Source of the DNA: Terrimicrobiaceae bacterium
Lineage (GTDB): Bacteria > Verrucomicrobiota > Verrucomicrobiia > Chthoniobacterales > Terrimicrobiaceae
Direction: 5' to 3'
NCBI GenBank assembly: GCA_041752695.1
Contig: JBGSVZ010000035.1
Span: forward strand, 32,001 to 96,000
Length of the DNA stretch: 64,000 nucleotides
The position numbers and the translations under genes were made by a program. The notes beneath the pieces are model-generated. The model was not told the DNA's origin. It worked only from the letters and a program-made list of their open reading frames with translations, and did no database searches. Position 1 is the stretch's first letter, and every line of letters begins with the position of its first letter. Shown in pieces: positions 38,310-47,948 of this stretch.

Positions 38310-41300
38310 ATGAAATATATCAACAAACTCGTATTTCTCGCCGTATTTGCCGCCGTTTCATCTGTTATGGCTGACGAAGGGTGGTCGTTACCGGATGATT
38401 TTGATTCCCTCAAAAAATCCGGCAGCCCGTGGAGCGCCGGACGGGCAGACATTGACACTTATGAAACCTTTAGCGCATTCACGGATCTTCAGGATAACAA
38501 TCAATGGAGAATGTGGAGCTTCGGGGACGAGAAGCTATGGGAAAACGGGCTTGTGTGGCTGGCAAATGCGCCCGCTTTTGGAACTGAGCCAGGGGAGATG
38601 GCGATCCACCCGGGAGACTCTCCAGACAAAGCGACCGCGATTCGATGGGTTGCCCCGCATGGCACGGGAAAAACCGCCTACCACGTGACCGGCTTGTTTC
38701 GCACCCTAAACAATGTCGGCGACCGTGACGTTATCATCCGGCTTGGGAAACAAAGCCTCTTGGACCTTCGGGCGATCACGGAAGATCAAAAATTTGATTT
38801 GGAATTTACCGCGGCTGGCGGTGAGGCGCTGGATTTTATTGTCGGCAGCGGTGAGTCCTGGACAAACGAGGCGACCGGCTTTGCGGTCAGTATCACGAAA
38901 AAATCGACCGCAAGTGGAGCCAAAGCGAAGCAGGGTCATGCTACGGTACCTCCGCTGGAGAAAGCCACAAGACAAGAGGTCACCCCCAAAAAGACAGCTG
39001 ACTTGCCCCCATCCAGATCGGTTGCCTCTGAAAAAAACAATGAAAATTCCGTATGGCCAGTGCGCTTCCCGCGTGAGTTCGCGCCCATTCCCGGCATTGT
39101 CGTTCCCATGGAAGATCCGCTTCGTCTGGAGCTGTGCCTGAACGGGCGCTGGCAGTTTCAGCCAGTGCTCACGCCAGCGGGGTGGACGGCCGGCAAGGAC
39201 GCTCCACCCCCACTGCCGGAGCCAGCGGCAGATGGCTGGGACGCCGTTCCGATCAAGATTCCGTCGCCATGGAACATGAACGCGTTCGATTCGTTCGGGG
39301 CGAGTGACGGTGCCGATTTCCGGAGTTTTCCGAGTTATCCGGCGGCTTGGGAGAAGGTGGAAATGGCTTGGATAAGGCGGGAGTTTAATGTGCCGAAAGA
39401 CTGGGGAGATCGGCGGATTGTCATTCGTTTCCAAGCAGTCTCGGGAGATTGTGAAGTGAGGGTCAACGGGAAAGTGGTGGCCCGCAATTCCGACAAGTTC
39501 CTGCCCTTCGACGTGGACGTGACCGAGGCCGTAAGGACAGAAGCGCCAAATGAGCTGCTTGTCGGCGTGCGAGCGATGCGATTTTTTGATCTTCCCGGGC
39601 GCTTCGGCGTGTTCACCCATCCGACCGGGGCATGGTGGACCGGAGAAAATGGCGCGCCGGGCATCTTTGGTATTTGGCAGGACGTCTTCTTACTGGGTTT
39701 ACCTCCCCTGAGGGCAGAGGCCGTTTTCGTCCAGCCGCTGCTCACGGAGGACCTGCTTCGCGCAGAAATCGAGCTACGGAACCAGACTTCAGCAGCCAGT
39801 GACGTGAGTGTGGAGGCGAAGATTGTGCCTTGGATTCCCTCCACTGAAACCGATCCGCTGAAGGCTCCCGAACGTCGTGGGGAATTTGGCGACAAGCCGG
39901 TGCTCACCTTCTCACATACTGCTTCCGTGCACCTCGAACCGGGCTCCAAAGCCTCCTTGCGGCTTGATCAGACAATCGGTGGAAAACTCGCCCTCTGGAG
40001 TCCGGATTCTCCGAACCTCTACGGGCTCGTGATCGAGGTCAAGTCCGGTGGCAAGGTCGTTGACCGGAAGATGACGCGTTTCGGTTGGCGGCAATTCGGT
40101 TTCGACCAAGACCAACGGTTCACCCTGAATGGCCAGCCGATGCGGCTAAACATTGAGCTGTGTCACTTTTTCGGCGTGGCCCATCTCAGCCCGCGCCATG
40201 CCATGGCCTGGTATGACATGCTCAAGGACTGCAACATCAATGCTGTCCGCCTCCACGCCATGCCATATCCACAGTTCTATCTCGACCTTGCCGATGAAAT
40301 GGGAATTCTCGTTCATGGTGAAACCGCCATTTACGGCAGCCATGCGAATTTCAACCTGGATGCGCCGGTCACATGGGAACGCTTCGCCGATCACCTCGAA
40401 CGCATGGTGCGGCGCGACCGCAACCACGCCTCCGTATTTGGCTGGAGTGTGGAAAACGAAATCCTCAACGCGCTCAAAATCAAGACCCAAGACAAAAAAG
40501 ACCACGATGCAGCGCGCGACCGCTTTGCGCCACTTGTGGAAAGTGTCCGCCAACTCGACCCGACCCGTCCATGGATTTCCTCGGATGGGGGGCATGAATG
40601 GGCCGACATCTATCCCGTTGTGCTTGCTCACTACGGCCCAGGGACGGACTACTACCGCAACTATGAGCGCACGGGAAAACCGTGGGGTGTGACCGAGGCC
40701 ACCTACCTGTGGGGCCGGATGCCCTCGGAGGTCAGCAGATACAACGGAGAACGTGCTTACGAAAGCTGGCAGGGGAGGGTTGAGGGGATGGCGTTCGAGG
40801 TGTGGGATGAATTGGTGGAGAAGCAAATCAAGCCGTTCCCCAATATTAGCGTGGTTTCGGTTTACGATGTCACCTACTACGGCCTCTGGCCTCAGCCCTT
40901 CGGCCTGGCAATCCTCACGAAGGCCCCTACCCTTGAGGATGGGGTCCATTTCACCTCACCCTACGTTGAAGGAAAGCCCGGCATGCAGCCGGAACGCCTC
41001 GGACCCTATTCGACAATGTTGAATCCAGGCTACGATCCGGGTCTACCTGTCTATCAACCATCGCCGGTCTTCGATGCCGCGCGCGCAGCCTATGCTGAGA
41101 AGCGTCCACAAGACTTCCCGCGCCGTTTGTTCGAAAAACCAGAGGTAGCGGTCCAACCCGGGCCACCGCCACCGTTGGTGAATGCCGGCAGAATCATGCG
41201 CGTGGCATTTGTTGGCGACGTCTCGAGCGAACTTTTCAAGTCGCTCGAGAAAGCGGGTGTACCCTTGGATTTGGACCCCGCCACCTCAGCCCCCGTGCTG

Positions 41301-42437
41301 GTGGTGGACGCTGTGAGTCTGACCGAGCCAGCTCCTACTGTCCGCAAAAAGATCGACAGTGTGCTCGCCAAAGGTGGCACAGCACTGGTCTGGGGTCTGA
41401 AACCGGAAACACTTGCCACTGTCAACGAGTTGTTGCCCGGTGCTGTCCGCCTCTCCCCCCGCCCGGCCAGCTCGCTTATTCCAGTCGGGAACAATACGCT
41501 GACCGCAGCGCTGCCGCCGAGCAGGTGCTACTTCAGCGAGGCTCCTGAAGGGCGAATTGTGATGCAGCATGCGATGGCAGGCCCGTTGGTGGAAAAAGGT
41601 CGCACGGTTCTGCGGGCGGCAGATATCAATTGGCAACTTTGGCGCGACCGTTTTGAACCCATCAAGGTTGCTTCCGTGATCCGATCTGAGCGCGAGGCGA
41701 AGCCTCCCGCCGCTGCACTAGTGGAGATTCCTGCTGGCAAAGGTCGCCTGCTCCTGAGCAGCCTGGAGTCCGCCGCCCCCACAGCGGCCCATGTCGAGTT
41801 CTTCCGTGCCCTTTTTATCGGCATGGGAGTCGGCCTGCTGGAGCCCAAAGCCATGTCTGGGGGAATTTTGAATTCGGAGGGTTTCTTGATGAAGGCTCTT
41901 GTGGCAGGCCCCTTCGAGGCGGCAAGCTATGAAGAGGCACTTGATCAAACTTTTCTTAGTAAGGAAAGCCTCGCCGACCCGAAGGCCGGAGAACCCGCAG
42001 GAAAAAGCTCCTGGAAGGAAATACAGGCATCCCCCTCCGGTATCTTTGAATTTAATCTTTTGAACAATGATGCCGAGGCACCCAATCAAGCGCTGTATTT
42101 GAGCTTTTGGCTTTTCAGTCCACGCTCGGACAATCTTCTCGAAGGCGGAGTGCTACTCGATCATTCCCAAGGTGCCAAAGTCGATCTTTTCGCGGGAAGC
42201 GATGACGGAACGAAAATCTGGCTAAACGGCACAGCTGTCCTTGAAAATCGCGGTAAGAACCCACTACAAGCCGAACAATACAAGCTCACAGGACTCTCCC
42301 TGAACAAAGGTTGGAATCACTTCCTCGTCCGGGTTGTTAACGACCGGGGAGCCTGGCAATTCCAAGCGCGCCTTGCGTGCCGGTATCCCACGCTCGCACC
42401 GTTGCTGCGGACGGAACTGTCTCGGCCCACACCATAG
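38310..42437 (+). CDS. GH2 family glycoside hydrolase, secreted, with an extra N-terminal beta domain
   Basis: Close paralog of 17835..21269 (PIKIPSPWNMN, WEKVEMAW, RNHAS..WSVENE, KPWGVTE, QPERLGPY). ATG 38310 gives the signal peptide MKYINKLVFLAVFAAVSSVMA. Confidence 0.88.
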   Translation: MKYINKLVFLAVFAAVSSVMADEGWSLPDDFDSLKKSGSPWSAGRADIDTYETFSAFTDLQDNNQWRMWSFGDEKLWENGLVWLANAPAFGTEPGEMAIHPGDSPDKATAIRWVAPHGTGKTAYHVTGLFRTLNNVGDRDVIIRLGKQSLLDLRAITEDQKFDLEFTAAGGEALDFIVGSGESWTNEATGFAVSITKKSTASGAKAKQGHATVPPLEKATRQEVTPKKTADLPPSRSVASEKNNENSVWPVRFPREFAPIPGIVVPMEDPLRLELCLNGRWQFQPVLTPAGWTAGKDAPPPLPEPAADGWDAVPIKIPSPWNMNAFDSFGASDGADFRSFPSYPAAWEKVEMAWIRREFNVPKDWGDRRIVIRFQAVSGDCEVRVNGKVVARNSDKFLPFDVDVTEAVRTEAPNELLVGVRAMRFFDLPGRFGVFTHPTGAWWTGENGAPGIFGIWQDVFLLGLPPLRAEAVFVQPLLTEDLLRAEIELRNQTSAASDVSVEAKIVPWIPSTETDPLKAPERRGEFGDKPVLTFSHTASVHLEPGSKASLRLDQTIGGKLALWSPDSPNLYGLVIEVKSGGKVVDRKMTRFGWRQFGFDQDQRFTLNGQPMRLNIELCHFFGVAHLSPRHAMAWYDMLKDCNINAVRLHAMPYPQFYLDLADEMGILVHGETAIYGSHANFNLDAPVTWERFADHLERMVRRDRNHASVFGWSVENEILNALKIKTQDKKDHDAARDRFAPLVESVRQLDPTRPWISSDGGHEWADIYPVVLAHYGPGTDYYRNYERTGKPWGVTEATYLWGRMPSEVSRYNGERAYESWQGRVEGMAFEVWDELVEKQIKPFPNISVVSVYDVTYYGLWPQPFGLAILTKAPTLEDGVHFTSPYVEGKPGMQPERLGPYSTMLNPGYDPGLPVYQPSPVFDAARAAYAEKRPQDFPRRLFEKPEVAVQPGPPPPLVNAGRIMRVAFVGDVSSELFKSLEKAGVPLDLDPATSAPVLVVDAVSLTEPAPTVRKKIDSVLAKGGTALVWGLKPETLATVNELLPGAVRLSPRPASSLIPVGNNTLTAALPPSRCYFSEAPEGRIVMQHAMAGPLVEKGRTVLRAADINWQLWRDRFEPIKVASVIRSEREAKPPAAALVEIPAGKGRLLLSSLESAAPTAAHVEFFRALFIGMGVGLLEPKAMSGGILNSEGFLMKALVAGPFEAASYEEALDQTFLSKESLADPKAGEPAGKSSWKEIQASPSGIFEFNLLNNDAEAPNQALYLSFWLFSPRSDNLLEGGVLLDHSQGAKVDLFAGSDDGTKIWLNGTAVLENRGKNPLQAEQYKLTGLSLNKGWNHFLVRVVNDRGAWQFQARLACRYPTLAPLLRTELSRPTP

Positions 42438-42457
42438 GCGAAAGCAAACATCCCCAC

Positions 42458-43657
42458 TCAATTTAGGTGGTTGCCGATCCATGCGGGCACGTTTGGAATG
42501 TTACCGCTAAGAACGAGGAGAGCGTAAAGGCGGATAAGCGAGCCGTAATATCCGTCTTTCTCGGGAGGCAATTCCTGTAAGGCATCGAACCAGATCTTGC
42601 TGGTTTTTTCCTCCGGTTCGGAACTGGCAGCTGCAACCATGAAACTGGCAAGAAAGGCGGGGTTGCGGTATTTTCCGGTCGGCTCACCCACCAAGGTGTA
42701 CCCATCCACGATATTTTCAGGAGTTACGTGGGTGCGGGCGTCGGCCCAGGCAGCAATCTTACGGTTCATGGCGAGGTCGGCGGACGCTTTTTCCGGTCCA
42801 TACCATGCGATGTGCAGGGCGTTGTGGATGGGCAGTTGCAGAGCGTCATATTCGAACGTGTAGTCGGCAAAATAGGAAGTGTCGGCACCGGTCGGAGTGC
42901 CATCCGCCCGGCACCAATGCGGCGACAGGCCGGTAGGGCTCATTTCGACGAGCTTGACCATGAGTTCGTTCGTCGCCTCGCGCACCTGCGCCCAGACGGG
43001 ATCGGGCACGGCAGATTCCCAGACCCGCCAGAACGCCGGCTTCCAATTGGCCGGATGCAGGAGATCCTCGCCGCCCCAGACATCGCCGGGCTTAAGCAAT
43101 TTTTTCCCCGGTAAGATGCACCGTCCGCTGAGTTCTTTCGCAAGATGACGGAATTCTTCAAGATAGTTTTTGTCCTTGCCGCTACCCCATTGGATATGTG
43201 CCAGCAGCAATGCCATCGCGATGTTTTCTTCAGCCTCCACGGCCACTCCCGAGTCGCCGATTTCTCCATTGGCCAGAATTCGCCAATGCATAAAACCCGA
43301 GGGCATCAGGTAACGTTTGCGATAAGCGTTGAGACCATCAAAAATCTCCCGCGTGGATTCCTTTTTGCAGTCCATGATCGCGGCAAAAAGCATCACCCAA
43401 CCAATTCCTTCGGAATAAGTCGGACGCGGACTCCCCCCAAAATCATGCGCATCCACGATCACCCGCATTTCTCCGGGCTGGCATCCGTCGGTGACGATCA
43501 ACTGTTTGGAAATAACGTCCCATGCCACCAAACAAGCGCGATTCAGAGTCGCCTGTGAAACGCCAGGAGGGGCCATCGGGGGGTGTTTTTCCGATTGCGG
43601 AAAGGGCAGCGCCGGTTCCGCGTGAGCGGAGCCAACGGAGAAAACCAATCCGATCAA
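42458..43657 (-). CDS. GH8 family glycoside hydrolase, divergent
   Basis: TYSEGIGWVMLFA (acid Glu), MHWRI, NIAMALLLA..QWG, KPGD.W and YDA. Start uncertain (possibly ATT at 43711). Confidence 0.8.
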   Translation of the reverse strand: MIGLVFSVGSAHAEPALPFPQSEKHPPMAPPGVSQATLNRACLVAWDVISKQLIVTDGCQPGEMRVIVDAHDFGGSPRPTYSEGIGWVMLFAAIMDCKKESTREIFDGLNAYRKRYLMPSGFMHWRILANGEIGDSGVAVEAEENIAMALLLAHIQWGSGKDKNYLEEFRHLAKELSGRCILPGKKLLKPGDVWGGEDLLHPANWKPAFWRVWESAVPDPVWAQVREATNELMVKLVEMSPTGLSPHWCRADGTPTGADTSYFADYTFEYDALQLPIHNALHIAWYGPEKASADLAMNRKIAAWADARTHVTPENIVDGYTLVGEPTGKYRNPAFLASFMVAAASSEPEEKTSKIWFDALQELPPEKDGYYGSLIRLYALLVLSGNIPNVPAWIGNHLN

Positions 43658-43712
43658 TCCGACTACAAACTCAAGCCCAAGGACTCGTTTAAATAAAATG
43701 ACAGTTTTAATG

Positions 43713-44735
43713 CTAAGGTGGTTTTAGAAACGTGATTTTCCGAGAAAGAAACTCTCGTTCATGTTTGTTGATGTCTGGAAAATATGCATAAAGAAGGACG
43801 GCGTGTTCACCCGCTAGGGTATCGGACTCTCCAAGGATTGTTGCATACCAGACTTTTGCTGTTGCTGCGGGATTCAAGAGAACAACGGGGACACTCCAGG
43901 AGATCAGATCATCGCTTTGCGACATGACAAGACTGCCGGGCCAGGTGTGGTAGACAATGACCCAGCGTTGTAAAAACGTGTTCCAATGCACAGACGGATT
44001 TCCGCCGTGCGCTTGATCAAGGTTGGGAATAGGTGTCGCTCTACCCCCAAGACCGGGCTCGCTAAATTGCCCCTCAAACCACTTCTTCCAAGTCCCCGCT
44101 TTCCCTTCGGGATCCGAGCTGCTGGCCATGCGGAGAATTCCCTCTTCTTGGAAATAACAAATATAGCGCTTTTCTTTGGCGTCCCAAATTGTGCAGTGGT
44201 CGCCCAAGCCCGACCATTCTGGCTTCTCCGGTTTGGGTTTTTCGGCCGTGAGAATCTGCACATCCTTTTTCCAGTCGCGTCCCCCATTGGCAGATTCACA
44301 ACGTGCGATGGATTTGTAGGCAATGAAAGTCGAGGATGGATCCCCGACAAAGCGATGATCCTCCGCGTGGTAGAATCCGACCATCCGTTCGCCGACTTTT
44401 GGAAAAACGGAGTACAGCCAAGAACCACCATTATCGAAATCCTTCGAGTCGCCCATGGGCAAAACCTTCCTGACTCCGCCCATTTTGAAAATCGTCTTAC
44501 CCGTGCTGCAATAGGAATCTCTTCCGGGCCAAAACATCAGCATTTCATTCCCCCGGGGGAATGCAGTCACATGCCCATCTGGACAATACGGATAAATTGG
44601 CAATGAGGGTTTTGGTGCAGAAACCAGAGTTGTCTCTTCACCAACTCGGAAGGCTTGGCCGTGGAGAGCGGCAGGTAAAGCTATGAACAATAGGGACCGA
44701 AGAGCGAGTCTCGCGAAATTTCGCGAGACCCGCAA
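43713..44735 (-). CDS. Secreted beta-propeller protein, putative glycoside hydrolase (furanosidase-like fold)
   Basis: Signal-peptide-like start; PDGH, FDNGG, GFYHAEDH, S.NGG..W, GD..T.WD, NPSVHWN and SDDLISW blade motifs. TTG 44735 avoids overlap with the upstream gene. Confidence 0.65.
   Translation of the reverse strand: MRVSRNFARLALRSLLFIALPAALHGQAFRVGEETTLVSAPKPSLPIYPYCPDGHVTAFPRGNEMLMFWPGRDSYCSTGKTIFKMGGVRKVLPMGDSKDFDNGGSWLYSVFPKVGERMVGFYHAEDHRFVGDPSSTFIAYKSIARCESANGGRDWKKDVQILTAEKPKPEKPEWSGLGDHCTIWDAKEKRYICYFQEEGILRMASSSDPEGKAGTWKKWFEGQFSEPGLGGRATPIPNLDQAHGGNPSVHWNTFLQRWVIVYHTWPGSLVMSQSDDLISWSVPVVLLNPAATAKVWYATILGESDTLAGEHAVLLYAYFPDINKHEREFLSRKITFLKPP
44708..44729. repeat. Perfect 22-bp palindrome GTCTCGCGAAATTTCGCGAGAC
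   Basis: Read directly; equals its own reverse complement. Confidence 0.95.
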
Positions 44736-44787
44736 TTCCCCGACCGCAAGAAATCCTGGTGTTTTTAAGGTGGAAAGCACACGATCT

Positions 44788-47511
44788 TCAGCGGGAAATT
44801 TCGACACGCACATTGTCCACCACTGACTGGATCCCGTATTCACCGGAAATTGTGATCTGAAGTTTTCCGCCAGCCTGCGCAGCGGAGACTGTCATGTCCA
44901 TCGTCAAAGTGTTCCAGCCGTTCGCGGGAGGGTTCGTTGCATAAAAGCTTGGCATTGAAACCGTTCCGTTTGGCCCATTGACCGAGTTAAAGTTCACCGT
45001 AACCGGGGACCACGGATTAGGGGATGGCCAGCCAACATCAACCCGCACTTTGATTTTTTCACCGACCGCAAGGGTCGCAGATTCGAGGACTTGCGCCATG
45101 GAACCTCCAACTACATTGGTATACGCGACACTCTTCCCTTTTGTTGGCTCGAGAGACGGAGCGGTGTAGTCAAAGATACTCCACGTCATCGTTGCCCAAT
45201 TTGTTGTCTCCGTTCCGATCCCTCCGAGCGGATTCTCAAAAGAGAAATTATCCACGACCACCGGAATTGGCGGAGCAACAATTAGGCGCACCTGCTCGAC
45301 CGACAAAACGAAGGACGAACTTCCGGTTTTAGAGCTTGTGATGCGCACTTTCATGGAACCGCCACTCAGATAGTTTGAGGCGTTGGAGGTTACCGAGACA
45401 TTGCGGGTGACCTCGCTCGTTCCAATCGTCGTGCTATCCACCTGCACCCAGGTCGAGGTGGCATAGTTCCAGAGTGAAATCTGCTGCGATGTCGAGCTCT
45501 TGCTCGACTTCGTGATCACCCTCACGCCAACGTTACTTAGAGCGGTCGGAGTTAGACCCGTCAGGGTAAAGTCAATCGTGGCAAATCGCGTCGCTCCGGT
45601 CGTCTGACTGTTAACAACGAGGAAGCTATTGTCGTCAGTCGCCGAGCTGGACGCGTTACCTGACGACAGGGTTCCCTGTACTATGGCCAAACTCGTCGGT
45701 GTAACGGCCTGAGCACCCGAGTCCTGAACCTGCACGAACAGCACTTCGTTCGCTGCGAAGTTGAGTGGAATCGCCAGACTGCTACTTCCGGGCGTATAAA
45801 CGGTGTTGCTCACGACGTTACCGGTCGCAAGGGGTGCCATCCCGTTGTTGGGGATGCTGGAGACCACCACACGGACCGAGCCGGTGCTGTTAAAGTAGGG
45901 AAGCTGATTGAGGGCGGTAATCGTCAGATTGGCTTGATTGGCTTCGTTGGCATCGTTGCCGAAGATCATCCGCACCGTATTGCCTGAGTCTTTGGCCGCG
46001 AGGCCGTTCACAAACGGACTGGGCTTGAGCGAGAGCATTGTTCCGGCGAAGTCCGCGTAGGCACGATAAACATGCCAAACCGCCCGGGGTGAGTGCGAGG
46101 TATCCCGGGTGAGCAAGTGACAGAGGTTGCCGGCCCAAAGTCCGTTACTCGAACCATCTCCCGGGACTTCATCCCACACGGCGTGCGCCGCCCCATGGAC
46201 GGCGGCGCGTTCGAGATTGGCCATGTAGGAAACGTGCTTGGCCGCGAGGGCAAACTCCTGGTTGCCGACGTACTCGTTTACGTCGATGGGACGGGCAGCA
46301 ATGCCGTTGGCCGCCATGAAGTCCCGGATTGTTTTCACTGCTGCGTTGACGTTCTTCGAGTGTTCGAGAATGTGGAACGAAACGATGTTAGGCAGCACGT
46401 TGTTGTCCCGTGCATAAACGAGGAAATCTTTGATATACTGCCCGTTGTCGGCAGCGACAAATGTTCCGGCACTCGGACCCACGATGACAGCACTGGGAGA
46501 ACTTGCCCGGATGCGCTGGTAGATGTGTTTCCAAGTGGCGAAGAATTGGGCTTGGCTTCGGCCCCAGAATTGGGCGTAGTCTGGTTCGTTCCAAAGATCC
46601 CATTCGAGGTTTACGTATCCGTTTGAGGCAGCCGAAGCCAGCAGTCCATCAACTGCTTGGTTGATCAAATCATAAGATCCGTAGCCGTTGTGGGCCGCAT
46701 CCCCCGGCCAGCCCCAGGAGGTGTGGTAGCCCGCCCACATATACTCATCCGAAACAACGACTTGCCGCCGGGCACCGGCGTTAGCGAGGCGCGACATAAA
46801 TGCCGGGGACGAGAATCCCTGAGAACCCCACCCCGGATTGCCCCCCATGTTGCCATGAAATCGAACGAGCTTCGGCTTGAGCGGCTCGAAGTAGGCCGTC
46901 GTCGGACTCGTGTCCGAAAGCCCGAAGAGAAAACCAGTGGCACGGTGCGTGACCGCTCCGGTCCCGGCTGCCAAATCCACTGTCACCGCCTGGGGGTCAT
47001 AAGTGGCCTCAATAGTCACATCATCAACAAAGAACTCCGATGTCGCGGTCGCTCCCTCAAAGAAGAGATTGAGACCGACAAGCGAGCCTGAAACCGTGTG
47101 CGTGTAACGAAGCTCCAGGGGCGTCCAAGCATCGTTGGACACCAGCGGGGTGTCTGAGCTGATATAGGTGTCGCCGGCACCATCCGTGCGTTTCATCGTC
47201 ATCCGGGAAATATCGGAACTCACATTCCGCATTCTCACCCAGGCGGTGATTCGATACGTTGTGCCGACGTTCATTTGACCAAGAAGATCCCTTACACAGC
47301 CCTGCCAGAAGTAGGTCCTCCCAGTATTGAGGCAACTGTAACTACCGCTTCGTTTCTGCTCGGTGCTGGCGGTAATGGTGCTGCCCCAATTTGTCCAGCC
47401 GGTCGTTCCGGATTCAAACCCGGGATTGCTTATGAGGTTGGCCGACTGAGCCGAGGTAACGGCTGCGATGAGGAAGGCAAGGACGTTCAGTGGGGGGAAC
47501 GGATTTTTCAT
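44788..47511 (-). CDS. Secreted modular glycoside hydrolase: CBM4/9/22-like + GH39-like (clan GH-A) + beta-sandwich modules
   Basis: Signal peptide; NLISNPGFESG...FVDDV CBM; acid/base WDLWNEPD, IVGPS, SFH and nucleophile IDVNEY. Confidence 0.8.
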   Translation of the reverse strand: MKNPFPPLNVLAFLIAAVTSAQSANLISNPGFESGTTGWTNWGSTITASTEQKRSGSYSCLNTGRTYFWQGCVRDLLGQMNVGTTYRITAWVRMRNVSSDISRMTMKRTDGAGDTYISSDTPLVSNDAWTPLELRYTHTVSGSLVGLNLFFEGATATSEFFVDDVTIEATYDPQAVTVDLAAGTGAVTHRATGFLFGLSDTSPTTAYFEPLKPKLVRFHGNMGGNPGWGSQGFSSPAFMSRLANAGARRQVVVSDEYMWAGYHTSWGWPGDAAHNGYGSYDLINQAVDGLLASAASNGYVNLEWDLWNEPDYAQFWGRSQAQFFATWKHIYQRIRASSPSAVIVGPSAGTFVAADNGQYIKDFLVYARDNNVLPNIVSFHILEHSKNVNAAVKTIRDFMAANGIAARPIDVNEYVGNQEFALAAKHVSYMANLERAAVHGAAHAVWDEVPGDGSSNGLWAGNLCHLLTRDTSHSPRAVWHVYRAYADFAGTMLSLKPSPFVNGLAAKDSGNTVRMIFGNDANEANQANLTITALNQLPYFNSTGSVRVVVSSIPNNGMAPLATGNVVSNTVYTPGSSSLAIPLNFAANEVLFVQVQDSGAQAVTPTSLAIVQGTLSSGNASSSATDDNSFLVVNSQTTGATRFATIDFTLTGLTPTALSNVGVRVITKSSKSSTSQQISLWNYATSTWVQVDSTTIGTSEVTRNVSVTSNASNYLSGGSMKVRITSSKTGSSSFVLSVEQVRLIVAPPIPVVVDNFSFENPLGGIGTETTNWATMTWSIFDYTAPSLEPTKGKSVAYTNVVGGSMAQVLESATLAVGEKIKVRVDVGWPSPNPWSPVTVNFNSVNGPNGTVSMPSFYATNPPANGWNTLTMDMTVSAAQAGGKLQITISGEYGIQSVVDNVRVEISR

Positions 47512-47611
47512 GAATTTGTTATGAGGCGTTGGGCTACATCGTTATTCTATTGTGGCGGTTCCGGAAGTGGGCGATTGCTGGCGAAGGGAATGCTGATCAG
47601 AACTGGGGGCA

Positions 47612-47800
47612 TTAATCGTGACGGGGTTTCCTATGTCGGGAGGAGAAAAAAATGGCTGGCAGCACGCTTCCGACCAGAAGCAGGGCCGACGGCTCCGGGA
47701 CGACGTTCACCGTAATGATGGCTTGGTCGTCATAATCAGCTTCCGGAGGAGGTGCTCCAAATCCTGCAGCAGGATTCTGAAAACTTCCAATATGGAAACA
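47612..47800 (-). pseudogene. C-terminal remnant of a PEP-CTERM protein gene
   Basis: Hand translation: ...ADYDDQAIITVNVVPEPSALLLVGSVLPAIFFSSRHRKPRHD*. In-frame TGA just upstream of 47800 and no in-frame ATG. Confidence 0.7.
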
Positions 47801-47864
47801 TCAGCATAGACTTCATATTTTGCAGGGGGATTTAAAAATCTTGGACGGATCCAAGACCGCGACC

Positions 47865-47893
47865 ATTGTGCAAACGTTTTCATTTTTGGTCAA
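47865..47893 (-). promoter_or_regulatory. Sigma70-type promoter overlapped by a LacI-type operator (47869..47882)
   Basis: Minus strand reads TTGACC-N17-CACAAT with TGAAAACGTTTGCA covering the spacer and -10. Confidence 0.65.
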
Positions 47894-47948
47894 GCTTTTT
47901 ATCCCGATTCCAGCAGAAACGGGTGCATGACGGGAAAGTTACGAATGT

